Below are positions 1-10,518 of a stretch of 64,000 nt of DNA, one piece after another. The position numbers and the translations under genes are program-made. Origin of the DNA: Candidatus Omnitrophota bacterium. GTDB taxonomy: Bacteria > Omnitrophota > Gorgyraeia > Gorgyraeales > Gorgyraeaceae. The stretch's first letter is position 1. The number at the start of each line of letters is the position of its first letter. The notes beneath the pieces are model-generated. The model did not search any database, was not told where the DNA came from, and saw only the letters and a program-made list of their open reading frames with translations. The stretch is taken from NCBI GenBank assembly GCA_043814965.1, contig JBDRJN010000005.1:4858-68857 (forward strand), read 5' to 3'.

Positions 1-156
1 AAGTTTTTTGCAAAGACTCTCCGAAGGTAAAGTGTCCATTTCTAAACAAAGAAAAAACACATAGACAGAAACATTTTTTTCTTTAAGATACCCTGACAAA
101 CTCCTTATGCCATGAGATGCGATAGATAAATAAGGCGAGATCAGAGCTATTTTCAT
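1..156 (-). CDS. Probable B12-binding radical SAM protein, N-terminus only (runs off the left edge)
   Basis: Not in the ORF track. My translation from ATG at 156 (overlapping the TAA of the 156..1997 gene) is MKIALISPYLSIASHGIRSLSGYLKEKNVSVYVFFLCLEMDTLPSESLCKKL, open to base 1. It resembles the N-termini of the two B12 radical SAM proteins in this locus (hydrophobic strand, P, then G-x-x-x-L/I-x-x-x-LK). Confidence 0.6.
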   Translation of the reverse strand, partial: MKIALISPYLSIASHGIRSLSGYLKEKNVSVYVFFLCLEMDTLPSESLCKKL

Positions 157-1997
157 TATATATATCCTTTAAACCAATAATAAACTATACCAAGATACTC
201 GTGAATAATAGCACTTATCTGTTGTAGTTTGACCCCGCATGTCCTATCATAAAACTGGGGATTTTTTACTGGCGTATAAATAACCTTGAGGCCTTTAGCA
301 TATACATTAAACACCAAAGACACTCTACGCATATTATAAGGTGAAGAAACTACCAATATTGAATCCCATTTGTTTCTCTCGATAATATCTTTTGAAAATT
401 TAACATTTTCATATGTAGAATTTGCTTTTTGCTCCAAAATAATATCTTTAGCAGAGACTCCTATAGATACAGCAAAAAGCCGCATGTTCTCGGCATCGTT
501 GTATCTATAGGTATACCCTGATGAAAAGATTATTTTATCTGCATATCCTTTTTTATATAACTCTGTAGCATATCTTGCTCTCTCTATAGTGCTTTTACCA
601 GGATTCCCTGTCTCGCCTACGCCGCCGCCAAACACTACTATCGCATCTGCTTGTTTAGGGGTTTGTTCTATTTTCAACGGTTCAGCCAAGAACCAAATAG
701 CTGTTGTCTTAAATAACAAGAAATATACAAAAAAGCAAGTCAGCGCTATCTTGAGGAACTTCCTTCCGGCCTGCTTATAAAACAGCAGGAAGTTCTCTTT
801 CCACTTTGATTCATTGTTTTCCTTCTTCTTTTCTATGGCTTCCTCTATGATCTTGCTCATTTTTTCTATGCGATTTTCCCAATTATTTTCTTTCGCGATC
901 TCGATACGCCTATTCTTTAAGGATATTTCTTTTTCTTCAAAAGCTTTGGATATCAGATCTTGAAATTCTTCTTTATCATTAGCAATATAAACAATATCTC
1001 CGTACTGCTCATTAAAAAAAGTTATTTCTGGTAATTTTGTAGAAACCACGGGCTTTCCCATTATTAGATATTCATTTAATTTTGTCGGATAAACAGTTTT
1101 TGTATATTCGTTTAAAATATATGGTATTATACATACATCAAAAAATTTTATATATGCTGGCAGTTCTTTGTGCTCTTTCATGTCTAAAAATATAATATTC
1201 TCTATCTTTTTAAAATATAAGGCATTATCCTGTATCGGTCCTATAAAAACAAAAGTCCAGCTAGGATTATTCTCTGCTAAAAATCTTATTAATCCAAAAT
1301 CTATATGCTTATGTACACCACCTATATATCCTATGATCTTTCCTTTAATGCAAACTATATCGTTAGGTCTTTTATTTGGATATCTATAATCATTAAAATT
1401 ATCTACATTAACTCCAAATGGGAAAATTGATACATTTTTATTATATTTCTCGCAGTGTTTTTTTATCTCTAGTCCTTGAGCAAATACAATATCAGATTTT
1501 TCTATGATATTCCTTTCACTCTTCCTGATTTTTATAGGATTTTTTACAAGCCTTTCAAAATCTGCAATACAATAATATACTGTTAATTTATTATAAATAT
1601 TGCTCAATAGATCGAAAGCTAAGGTAGTAGGTAAAAACGTCCATATAATAGGGTCTCTAAAGTCTACTGCTTTCATCCATTTATTAATAATAAACAAAAT
1701 AAAACGCCGATTAAACCAAGTTGCAATACGGGAATACGGAAAAGGCAGGACTATAGGAGAAAATATATAGAGATGTTCTTCTTCCTTTCTAATACCCTTC
1801 ACACCCTTAAGCCAGTTTTTTATCCTATGTTTGATGCGAGAGATATCTTTTATTCCCGGCGAACGCACTCCTGTATTCTCTATAAAAAGCACACGATTGC
1901 CGTTTTTGGCAAAAGTGGACATTATCTCCTGGTGCCCCTGCCATAAAAAATCCCAGTCTATGCTAGATATGCAGATTATATTTTGATTTTTAAGCAT
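156..1997 (-). CDS. Fusion: GT-B glycosyltransferase (TuaH-like) + TM helix + DUF218 (ElyC/YdcF/SanA-like) domain
   Basis: N-part: SSIDWDFLWQGHQ, YYCIADF, YPTKLNEYLIMGKPVVST. Hydrophobic segment near aa 415-437. C-part: DAIVVFGGG, ERARYA, IIFSSG, ANSTYENVKFS, HEYLGIVYYW. Confidence 0.85.
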   Translation of the reverse strand: MLKNQNIICISSIDWDFLWQGHQEIMSTFAKNGNRVLFIENTGVRSPGIKDISRIKHRIKNWLKGVKGIRKEEEHLYIFSPIVLPFPYSRIATWFNRRFILFIINKWMKAVDFRDPIIWTFLPTTLAFDLLSNIYNKLTVYYCIADFERLVKNPIKIRKSERNIIEKSDIVFAQGLEIKKHCEKYNKNVSIFPFGVNVDNFNDYRYPNKRPNDIVCIKGKIIGYIGGVHKHIDFGLIRFLAENNPSWTFVFIGPIQDNALYFKKIENIIFLDMKEHKELPAYIKFFDVCIIPYILNEYTKTVYPTKLNEYLIMGKPVVSTKLPEITFFNEQYGDIVYIANDKEEFQDLISKAFEEKEISLKNRRIEIAKENNWENRIEKMSKIIEEAIEKKKENNESKWKENFLLFYKQAGRKFLKIALTCFFVYFLLFKTTAIWFLAEPLKIEQTPKQADAIVVFGGGVGETGNPGKSTIERARYATELYKKGYADKIIFSSGYTYRYNDAENMRLFAVSIGVSAKDIILEQKANSTYENVKFSKDIIERNKWDSILVVSSPYNMRRVSLVFNVYAKGLKVIYTPVKNPQFYDRTCGVKLQQISAIIHEYLGIVYYWFKGYI

Positions 1998-2001
1998 ACA
2001 A

Positions 2002-3156
2002 TTATAAACTGACTCCTGAATAAATATTTACTATGCCCTGTATCATATTTTCATGACTAAATCTCATCATCAGCCTTTCTTTTCCTCTCGTAGCCAAAGA
2101 CTTGGCGTATCCATCATTTCTTAAAAGGGACAACATGGCTTCTTTTAGCTGTCCAACATTATAAGGAGCTACCAGTAATGCATTTTCCTTATCTGTCAAT
2201 ATCTCTCTAACGCCTCCTACATTAGTAGCTACGATAGGCGTTTCACACCACATGGCTTCAATTAATGTCAGAGGAAAACCTTCTGACAAAGATGGCAAAA
2301 CAAATAGATCCGAACCTTTCAATAAATCTTTGACTTCAAAATCCACATCTAAAAAAAGTAGTTTCTCTTGGATATCTAGTCTTTCCACTTCTTTTTTAAT
2401 ATATTTTTTTTGTTCGCCATGGCCTTTAAAAATAAAGACTACATTATCTATTTCATCAAGTAACTCCTTAATAGCCCTTAATAAATATATATATCCTTTT
2501 ATATGGTAAAAATTTGACACAACCGAGACGATCTTTATATCTTCTTTAAGCCCAAAACGTTCTCTGATATTTGACTCTGAAAAAATCGGATATTTAAAAT
2601 CTTCAATATGATATACAGTATAAATTTTATCTGACAGTACTTTTATCCCCTTTCTAGATATAAGATCTTCCTTGACAGCAACAGATACTACTATAACTTT
2701 GTCAAATAACATATAAATAGACCTATAAAAATACGAAAGTATCTTTTTTTTAAATCTTTTTATACCTTTATAATCCAATGGAGCAAAATAATATCCATGT
2801 ATTGTTGTAAAAAGTTTTTTGATGCCAGATAATCTAGCAGAAATTCCTGCAATAAAATCAGTTACAAACATATGTGTATGAATAATGTCTGGTTTTATCT
2901 CTCTTATTACCTTCATTATTAGAAACAGGCTTTTAAGATTAAAGATTCTATCTTGATCTATGCTGAAGACTTTTTCTGAACAAGCCTCAAACTTTCTTTT
3001 CATAATGCCATCTCCATGACAAATAATATAGATCTTATAGTCTCTTTCCTTTAAAGCAGTTGCCAAAAAACATAAAGCACTTTCAGCTCCTCCTATTTCA
3101 GAAGAACCTATAATATAAAGTATCTTTTTTATACTAATACGGCTATTGAGCTGCAT
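2002..3156 (-). CDS. Glycosyltransferase family 4
   Basis: IGGAE N-terminal motif; DLFVLPSLSEGFPLTLIEAM and ATNVGG (E-x7-E motif). Confidence 0.9.
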   Translation of the reverse strand: MQLNSRISIKKILYIIGSSEIGGAESALCFLATALKERDYKIYIICHGDGIMKRKFEACSEKVFSIDQDRIFNLKSLFLIMKVIREIKPDIIHTHMFVTDFIAGISARLSGIKKLFTTIHGYYFAPLDYKGIKRFKKKILSYFYRSIYMLFDKVIVVSVAVKEDLISRKGIKVLSDKIYTVYHIEDFKYPIFSESNIRERFGLKEDIKIVSVVSNFYHIKGYIYLLRAIKELLDEIDNVVFIFKGHGEQKKYIKKEVERLDIQEKLLFLDVDFEVKDLLKGSDLFVLPSLSEGFPLTLIEAMWCETPIVATNVGGVREILTDKENALLVAPYNVGQLKEAMLSLLRNDGYAKSLATRGKERLMMRFSHENMIQGIVNIYSGVSL

Positions 3157-3870
3157 TTACTTTTTTCCTATAACAATCAACTCTCTTGAGAGAACTCTAG
3201 GTCTATCTGTACCTCTTTCAATATAGTATATAAATCCTAATAGCTTGTACCATAACTTATTCAACATCCACCATAATATTCTTTTGGGCCGAAATTTTAA
3301 CCTTATTCTATCACCACGAACCATAATATCTCTAAAACCTGCTATACGCATCACCTCATACGCGCTTCTTTCAGTAAAACCTACCTCATGAGTGAAATCA
3401 ATATATCTTTGAAACAAACCGGATATACATGCCGTATTGGGAGTAGCATAAATAAATACGCCCTTATTCTTTAGAGAATAGTAAATTGTACGTAGACTGG
3501 GCAATAATTCACTTTTCAAAAGATGTTCTATTACATGATTCATTACAATAATATCATATTGCTCTTTCTTGCCTGATAAAAACTCAGATATTGAAGATAT
3601 TAAGCATCCTTTTATATCCATTTTTTTTAAAAAATCTATTTGTGCCTCACCTATATCTACTCCCTCCAGGTTACAATAGCCTTTTAACTTAAGATAATGT
3701 AAGAATTGTCCTGCACCACAGCCTATTTCTAATATTTTTGCGTTTTTATTGGCAGGCCAAAGATCTGAAAAGTTATCTTCATAGGCCTCTTGATTGCCTC
3801 TATGTATCTTTAAGTGATCAGAATCTTTATCTCCGAAATAGTCCTTAAAAAAATCTTTACTATAAGTCAT
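3157..3870 (-). CDS. Class I SAM-dependent methyltransferase
   Basis: ILEIGCGAG motif I, HVIEHL, TPN, DFTH. Confidence 0.88.
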   Translation of the reverse strand: MTYSKDFFKDYFGDKDSDHLKIHRGNQEAYEDNFSDLWPANKNAKILEIGCGAGQFLHYLKLKGYCNLEGVDIGEAQIDFLKKMDIKGCLISSISEFLSGKKEQYDIIVMNHVIEHLLKSELLPSLRTIYYSLKNKGVFIYATPNTACISGLFQRYIDFTHEVGFTERSAYEVMRIAGFRDIMVRGDRIRLKFRPKRILWWMLNKLWYKLLGFIYYIERGTDRPRVLSRELIVIGKK

Positions 3871-4934
3871 TTTTTAAACTCCTTTATAATATTCAGAAAT
3901 TTTTCAAAGTTTACTTCTAGAGAATATTTTTCTTCTATTGTCTTTCTACCATTGATCCCAATTCTTTGCCTTAGACCAGGATCTTCGATCAAGCTAGAGA
4001 TAGCCCTGATCCACTCTTCGTCAGAATCAGCCAAGAACCCATTTACCTCATGCTGTATTATTTCCTTGGTCATGCCTACCGAAGAAGCTACCACAGGTAT
4101 TCCTGCAGACATATACTGGATTGCCTTAAAAGCTGCCTTACCCTTAGTCCATGGAATATCCGGCAAAGGATAGATTCCTATGTCTATGCTTTGAAAATCC
4201 TGAAGCTCCCTTTCTAATTCCCAGCTATAATTTATAACTTTTACTCCAGGAATCGAGATCTCCTCGCCAGCGCCAACGATCTTCAAGACAAAATCATAAG
4301 CCTTGCTTAATTCTCGCATAACTTTAAAGACAAGTCTCAGGTAAGATGCTGTTGTAGGGGAACCAACCCAACCTATGGTTAATTGACCGCTATCTTTTTT
4401 AATCACTCCAAAGCGTTTAGTATCGATTGGGGTAGGGATTATATCCACGGAAGGATTAAATCTAACAGCATATTCCTCCAAATATTGATTTGCCACAATA
4501 ATACGCGATGCCATTTTAATGATATTTTTAGTTTTGGATGGGAATTTAAAAAATCTATATATACTATTTGCTGGATTAAAATTTTGTAAAAAAATAGCAT
4601 CATCAAAATCAAATATAATAGGCTTTTTGAGTTTATATATAAGCCACTCAAAAACTGATGGCCCAAAAGGACAGCTTTCTCTGTGGATAAATACTAGATC
4701 ATACTTGTAAAGCCTTATGATATCAATAATTCTTGAAAAAAAAGCCTGTACAAAATAAAGCATCTTTGTAAAATATTTACCTTTAAGATAAAGTATCTTA
4801 TAAAACTTTTTGAATACAAAAGGCCTGACATCAAAATCAATATCTTCTTTTCGTAAATAGGGTAGGTACTGCTCTACTCTATACCTATTACTTGCGCCTT
4901 CAGATGAATACGGGACAATAAACAATATCTTCAT
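3867..4934 (-). CDS. Glycosyltransferase family 4
   Basis: GASNRYRV, FDFDDAIF, IGWVGS, KAIQYMSAGIPVVAS. Confidence 0.88.
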   Translation of the reverse strand: MKILFIVPYSSEGASNRYRVEQYLPYLRKEDIDFDVRPFVFKKFYKILYLKGKYFTKMLYFVQAFFSRIIDIIRLYKYDLVFIHRESCPFGPSVFEWLIYKLKKPIIFDFDDAIFLQNFNPANSIYRFFKFPSKTKNIIKMASRIIVANQYLEEYAVRFNPSVDIIPTPIDTKRFGVIKKDSGQLTIGWVGSPTTASYLRLVFKVMRELSKAYDFVLKIVGAGEEISIPGVKVINYSWELERELQDFQSIDIGIYPLPDIPWTKGKAAFKAIQYMSAGIPVVASSVGMTKEIIQHEVNGFLADSDEEWIRAISSLIEDPGLRQRIGINGRKTIEEKYSLEVNFEKFLNIIKEFKK

Positions 4935-6151
4935 AAAATAAGTCTTTTATAAACACCATAATACTGTTCAACACCGCGCTCTAAGGAAAAATCTCTTTCT
5001 GCAACATCCAAGCATCTTTTTTTAAGAGCCTCTCCTTCTTCTATCAACCTCAGCAAATTTTCAACACCTTTCACATACTCAGCATTATTAAAATCTTTAA
5101 TAACAACCCCTACACGATCACTGATAACTACTTCTTCTGTATCTCCAATATTAGAATTTATTATTACAGGGAGGCCGCAGGCAAGATATTCTGCGAATTT
5201 GGTGGGACTCGATGCGCTTTTTGAAAAAACAGGCTTTATAAAAAATATACCAACATCTGCAAGCTTAATATGATCTGATATATCTTTAAACTCTACTTTA
5301 TCTATTGTGATATCATCTCCCGAAATACCCCTTTTCTTACATAAATCATTGACTATTTGTAGATCTCCATGCGTTAATACTAAAAAATGCACATTACTAA
5401 TTATCCCTTTTGCAATACGAAAAAGATCCAGCATCTCATCGAGTAAATACCATGTGCCAATTGAGCCGACATATAAAAAAACAAACTTACCAGATAAATT
5501 ATATTTTTTCCTTAATCCTTCAGTTAGTTTACTACTTTTATTGAACCCCAACACATCAACACAACAAGGTATTATATCGATGTTTTTATTTTTATTTATC
5601 AAAACTTTTTTTATCTTCTTGGTAAGGACTATTAACTCATCAGCACTTTTCAAAAATATTTTTTCAAAATAAAAAACTAACCTATAAGAAAAACTGTCTC
5701 TTTTCCATATGCCTCCATCAACATATTCATCAGCCATTAGCCCTCTTACATCAAAAATAAACTTCTTACGAGTAACCCTTGATATCGCATATCCGATCGC
5801 TGCTGAAACAGTTCCACGCGCATGTATAATATCTATCCTTTTTGAGACACAAAGATATAAACCTACTATCACCCCGATAAGCATATCAAATAAAGTGGCA
5901 GGCAATGAAGGCCATTTATGGTACCTAAGAAAATACCATCTTATGCCATGGCTTTCTAATTCCTTTTGCAGTTTGCCTATATTCTTTCTGGTATATATTT
6001 CTTTCTGCTCAGGCTTTTCAAATGTCAAAAGAAAAGGCTTTATTCCCTTTTTAGATAGTCCCTTTAAATAGGAAATCCCTTGAGATTGCAATAAGGGTTC
6101 TAGAGCTCCGTTATAAGAGATAAACAAACTTTTTATATTCATTTTATTCAT
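4931..6151 (-). CDS. Glycosyltransferase family 4
   Basis: FDVRGLMADEY, IPCCVD, SPTKFAEYLACGLPV. Confidence 0.88.
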   Translation of the reverse strand: MNKMNIKSLFISYNGALEPLLQSQGISYLKGLSKKGIKPFLLTFEKPEQKEIYTRKNIGKLQKELESHGIRWYFLRYHKWPSLPATLFDMLIGVIVGLYLCVSKRIDIIHARGTVSAAIGYAISRVTRKKFIFDVRGLMADEYVDGGIWKRDSFSYRLVFYFEKIFLKSADELIVLTKKIKKVLINKNKNIDIIPCCVDVLGFNKSSKLTEGLRKKYNLSGKFVFLYVGSIGTWYLLDEMLDLFRIAKGIISNVHFLVLTHGDLQIVNDLCKKRGISGDDITIDKVEFKDISDHIKLADVGIFFIKPVFSKSASSPTKFAEYLACGLPVIINSNIGDTEEVVISDRVGVVIKDFNNAEYVKGVENLLRLIEEGEALKKRCLDVAERDFSLERGVEQYYGVYKRLIL

Positions 6152-7487
6152 GCGCTGTGATCCGAAAATTATATTTATCCAAGCCTATCGCTATAAATAT
6201 AAAACAAAATGGCAATATCATAGCTCTATGCCTAAAGAGAGTCCCTATATTAGAATCTATCAAAGCTAAAATAGCGCTCGTAATAGATATGTATATTATT
6301 ATAAAAGCCCCCTGTTTAAATCTATTCTTTAAAATAAATCTTATTCCGTAGATCATGCTGGGTATACAACAATAAAATATTATCATTTCCGGCATAGCGA
6401 TTATTTGACTAAAACTCCCCAATTGCCACGGAAATGGTGCCAGCCATGCTGCTATTAATGCTATAGGCAAAAATATTATAAATATAGGTATGCTTGTTAT
6501 ATCCCAATCAGCTAAAAATGCCAGATTACCATAAGATCTGTAGGACCTCATCCTTTGCATCCATTCTAAAAGGGATTCGTATTCAAAGATCTTAGGAAGC
6601 GATGACTTAAATTTCTGTAAATAAAAAAAAGCTACGATAAGACCTATAAATATTATCAAAAAATACATCTCTTTCCTGATAGACAGACTAAATAATATAC
6701 TAAATAACAATGATACCAGAATAGCAAAAAGCGCAATTTCACGAAATTCTTTTAAAACCACCATTAAGCCAATAATCGAAAACAATAGATAAAATCTAAA
6801 TCTTCTTGTCAGGTTCAAAGCTATCCACATTAGAAAACATATTAAAAAAACTACGATCGGCTCTTTATAATTCTGGATTGACCACAAAAAAGTTGACGGC
6901 CAAAAACTAGTTAAAATAGCCGCTAACATAGCAGCTTTTCTATTAGAAAGCTGTTCCGTCATCTTGTAGGTCATTATAGCTACCAATGAACCTGCCAAGC
7001 AGTTGATAAACACTAAAGAAAGAGGACTTTTTCCTGTAAAAGAATAAATTCTGGCATTATAAAAATCATGATTACCAAGAGTCCCAGTATTACTTATTTT
7101 CAGCATATTTTTAGTAACTATACTCACATTTGTAATACCAGCTTTCCACATCTTGACTATCTCGTAACCATTTTCGCTATAAGCCCATCCATCTCCTAAA
7201 AGCCCACCCGTGCCTTTATACAGAAAGACGAGATTATACAAACATAAAGAGACTAAGATCCTTAATAAAAATGCTACTATGAATAAAGTTAAAAGAAAAT
7301 TAAAGTTTTTATAGTCTGAGTTTAAAAAAATTAAAAACATACCTATCGATAATCCCAAACATATGATGACAAAAGGAGACGTTGCTTCTAACGGCAAAAA
7401 ACTTATCAGAAAAGCTATCACAACCCCTGTTATTATTGATGTTTTGTCTCTTTTAAAAAAATCTGAGGTTAAAGGCTTTATCAACAA
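6144..7487 (-). CDS. Polytopic membrane protein, Wzy-polymerase-like or GT-C fold
   Basis: About 11-12 hydrophobic segments; DGWAY in the first loop, KEP after a TM segment, PFPWQ and NIGTLFRHR near the C-terminus; located in a glycan locus. Confidence 0.65.
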   Translation of the reverse strand: MLIKPLTSDFFKRDKTSIITGVVIAFLISFLPLEATSPFVIICLGLSIGMFLIFLNSDYKNFNFLLTLFIVAFLLRILVSLCLYNLVFLYKGTGGLLGDGWAYSENGYEIVKMWKAGITNVSIVTKNMLKISNTGTLGNHDFYNARIYSFTGKSPLSLVFINCLAGSLVAIMTYKMTEQLSNRKAAMLAAILTSFWPSTFLWSIQNYKEPIVVFLICFLMWIALNLTRRFRFYLLFSIIGLMVVLKEFREIALFAILVSLLFSILFSLSIRKEMYFLIIFIGLIVAFFYLQKFKSSLPKIFEYESLLEWMQRMRSYRSYGNLAFLADWDITSIPIFIIFLPIALIAAWLAPFPWQLGSFSQIIAMPEMIIFYCCIPSMIYGIRFILKNRFKQGAFIIIYISITSAILALIDSNIGTLFRHRAMILPFCFIFIAIGLDKYNFRITAHE

Positions 7488-7996
7488 ACTCTTATCTCCA
7501 TTGGTATAAAATGTTCCGATGATAAGGACATTTCAATATGATTATCACGTTTTGCCTTCACTATAAATCCATTCTTTAGATAAAACTTCTTAGCTATGAT
7601 ATTTGAATCCACGACTTTAACGGTTATCTGATTTGTGTAGTTGTTGATTATATACATACAAAGGGCCTTTATGGCCTGTGACATCAATCCTTTATTTTTG
7701 TAATCTATTTTTCCTAAAATTACATTGTAAATATCAGCTATATCGCCTAGCAATCTAAAACCAATGCACCCGACACCTAAAGAATCATATTCAATAATAA
7801 ACATATGGTTATAAAGATCTTTCGTATAACCTAAAAACCACTTTCTTTGCTGTATGCTATCTATGGGATCTTGATGAAAAAATGCTTTACAATTTTCGTT
7901 TTTCCATGTCCTAAGATTTTCTATATCATCGATATTAATACTTCTTAGAACAAGACTTGATATTTTATCTGTATAAATTTTTAAATTTTTATTCAT
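7481..7996 (-). CDS. GNAT N-acetyltransferase (PseH/RimL-like), probable amino-sugar N-acyltransferase
   Basis: LRSINIDDIENLRTWKN, GKIDYKNKGLM, N-x2-A-x2-FYLKNGF GNAT motifs; near a DegT aminotransferase. Confidence 0.75.
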   Translation of the reverse strand: MNKNLKIYTDKISSLVLRSINIDDIENLRTWKNENCKAFFHQDPIDSIQQRKWFLGYTKDLYNHMFIIEYDSLGVGCIGFRLLGDIADIYNVILGKIDYKNKGLMSQAIKALCMYIINNYTNQITVKVVDSNIIAKKFYLKNGFIVKAKRDNHIEMSLSSEHFIPMEIRVC

Positions 7997-9408
7997 AATA
8001 TATCAAAGGCGAGTTTTTTTAATTTAAGATCGAGCTTGTCAGCTGCTTCATAGCCCATTTTTATCGCAATATGGGAATTTACATACTGAAATTTACCTTG
8101 CCTGCCTGCTACAGTCAAGTTCTCTATAGAATCTACTGCATTAAATAACTTTTCTAATATATTTTCAAATCCCAATTCGTATATAGGATATGCATGTTCG
8201 GTCTTGAAGACATGCGCTTCCTTTACGATCTCCATAGATATAAACCCTTCCCTGACAAGGTCATCCAGTACAGATCTTTTGCTAAATTCATCATCTTTCC
8301 AAAAACGATCATCAGTACCACAAGAGATCTCAGCCACCAGTAATGTATGGCCTTTTGGTTCCACATCAAAACCAAAATATGATGAATCAGTGATCCTATT
8401 AAAAGAATGTTCGCGAAAATACAAAAAAGATGCTGGTAAAACTTTTTCTTTTTTTATTAAAAAGCCTACAAAAACAAGTGCCCTAAACCTTAATCTTTCT
8501 GCGTTTTGGATGATATCAGCTGAAAAATACGGATTTATCATCCTGACCAACTCATTAATGGGGGCTGTACTTATCACACCATCACAATCAAACCTCTCAA
8601 GATCCTGACCGCTGACTATGTGGGTAATAAGGTTATTTTGGCGATTAACTCCTAACACTTTTTTATTCAAAAAGATATGGCCTCTTTTTCTTTCTATCTC
8701 TTCCTTGATCTTTTCAATGATCCCAAAAAACCCTTTTCTTGTTGTGTAGAGGTTGCCTTCTACTTTTTCCACATAATTGGACGTGTTTACTCTTCTTTTT
8801 AATAATATATCTAACTTTTCAATTAATTTAAAAAGCCAGCTTAAGACAGCAAGCTGAGGTATCCTTTGTTTCGCAAATTTTGGTGAAAACTTAGAAGGAG
8901 GAATACCCCATACATGTGTTATGTAAGATTTAAAAAATAACTCATAGAGCGTCTTCCCGTATGAACGCAGTAACACTGTTTCGGAAGTCTCAGGATTATG
9001 TCTTATAATACTTCCTTTTATAAAATAAAAAATAAAACTAAAAAAGGCCCTTAATATTGTAAGAGGAGGTAATTTCTTTATAACATCTGTAGTGGATAGT
9101 GGAAAATTAAAATATCTGCCTAGAAATTTAATAAGAATGGTCCTCTCTATGCAAAACATATCATCTCCGGCAATACTCTTTATATCCGAAAGAATATCTT
9201 TATCTATTGTATGGAATATGTGCGGGCCATATTCATAGATATTCCCATTTAATTTAGCTCCTCCACAGATACCTCCCGCATCAGGTTCTTTCTCAAAAAT
9301 AGACACATCGTATCCTTTTTCTATCATATGCAAAGCAGCAGCCAAGCCTGCGCATCCTCCTCCTATAACAGCAATCTTCTTTTTCGAACTTACTATAGTT
9401 TTATCCAT
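7993..9408 (-). CDS. FAD-dependent oxidoreductase (UDP-galactopyranose mutase / protoporphyrinogen oxidase-like family)
   Basis: IAVIGGGCAGLAAA dinucleotide-binding motif, FEKE, GG, YGPHIFHT, AYPIY, GRQGKFQY. Confidence 0.8.
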   Translation of the reverse strand: MDKTIVSSKKKIAVIGGGCAGLAAALHMIEKGYDVSIFEKEPDAGGICGGAKLNGNIYEYGPHIFHTIDKDILSDIKSIAGDDMFCIERTILIKFLGRYFNFPLSTTDVIKKLPPLTILRAFFSFIFYFIKGSIIRHNPETSETVLLRSYGKTLYELFFKSYITHVWGIPPSKFSPKFAKQRIPQLAVLSWLFKLIEKLDILLKRRVNTSNYVEKVEGNLYTTRKGFFGIIEKIKEEIERKRGHIFLNKKVLGVNRQNNLITHIVSGQDLERFDCDGVISTAPINELVRMINPYFSADIIQNAERLRFRALVFVGFLIKKEKVLPASFLYFREHSFNRITDSSYFGFDVEPKGHTLLVAEISCGTDDRFWKDDEFSKRSVLDDLVREGFISMEIVKEAHVFKTEHAYPIYELGFENILEKLFNAVDSIENLTVAGRQGKFQYVNSHIAIKMGYEAADKLDLKLKKLAFDIL

Positions 9409-10504
9409 TAAAAGCCTTTATTTTTTCTATAACATAACTTACATCTATCTCGCTTAAAGAAGGATGTATTGGAATATTGAGAGCAATATCATTAAGCTTC
9501 TCGGAGTTTGGTAATTTAACTTTGGATCTATATATTGGATTTAAATGCAATGGATGAAATCTAAGCGTTGTATATATCCCATTTTCATAAAGATACTTTG
9601 CCAGCTTATCCCTTTTTTTATTCTTCAACCTGATACAATAAGTAAAATAAGAATGCTGCTCATTACTTTCCGGCCCTTTTGGTAGGTCTAACCAATCAAC
9701 CACGACAAGTTCCTTTTGATATCTTTCCCATATATTTTTTCTTATAGCCTGGTGAGTGTCTATCTTTTTCAACTGTGCTATACCCATAGAAGCGCTGATA
9801 TCATCAGGTATCAGTTTTGGGAAAAAATCAACTATATTATACTCCCACCATCTATCTTTTGAAGCAGACGATTCAAAACCTGACTTACCTATACCGCAAT
9901 ATCTCAAGATCCGTGCCTTATCCACTAACTCCTTTTTTTTAGCTGTAAGCCCTCCTGCTTCTCCTATGCTTAAATTCTTAACAGCATCAAAGCTATATAC
10001 CCCGATATCACCCATAGAACCACAATATTTATTACCTATCTTAGAATCAACTGCGTGAGCAGCATCCTCTATAATAGGTATCCCAAATTTAATGATCTCT
10101 TGCATTTTAACAGGTTTACCGGCATAGTGGACTACCATTATTGCTTTTGTTTTTTTGGTAATACACGGCTTTATGGTTTTAGCTGTTACGTTTTGCGTCT
10201 CGAGATCAACATCGCAAAATACAGGCCTGCATCCAGCCAACACTATTGCATGAGCGCAGGCGATCCATGTAAATGACGGGACAATGACCTCTGAACCCTT
10301 TGGCAATTCCAAAAGCTTTACAGCCATATATAGGCTATTAGACCCACTATTAAGCATTGTAAAGTCTGCTAGATTCAGCCTTGTCCTGAATTCATCTTCA
10401 AATCTTTTTGTCTTAGGGCCAATACCTATCCATTGGCTTTCAATACTAGTTTTGATCTCTTCTATCTCTTCCTTTCCTACATTTGAACCGAATACAGAAA
10501 TCAT
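9401..10504 (-). CDS. DegT/DnrJ/EryC1/StrS PLP-dependent sugar aminotransferase
   Basis: NSGSNSL, VHYAG, IEDAAHA, SFDAVKNL (catalytic Lys). Start moved to ATG 10504, which follows a GGGGG SD-like tract. Confidence 0.9.
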   Translation of the reverse strand: MISVFGSNVGKEEIEEIKTSIESQWIGIGPKTKRFEDEFRTRLNLADFTMLNSGSNSLYMAVKLLELPKGSEVIVPSFTWIACAHAIVLAGCRPVFCDVDLETQNVTAKTIKPCITKKTKAIMVVHYAGKPVKMQEIIKFGIPIIEDAAHAVDSKIGNKYCGSMGDIGVYSFDAVKNLSIGEAGGLTAKKKELVDKARILRYCGIGKSGFESSASKDRWWEYNIVDFFPKLIPDDISASMGIAQLKKIDTHQAIRKNIWERYQKELVVVDWLDLPKGPESNEQHSYFTYCIRLKNKKRDKLAKYLYENGIYTTLRFHPLHLNPIYRSKVKLPNSEKLNDIALNIPIHPSLSEIDVSYVIEKIKAFNG

Positions 10505-10518
10505 CTTATCCCCCTTCT

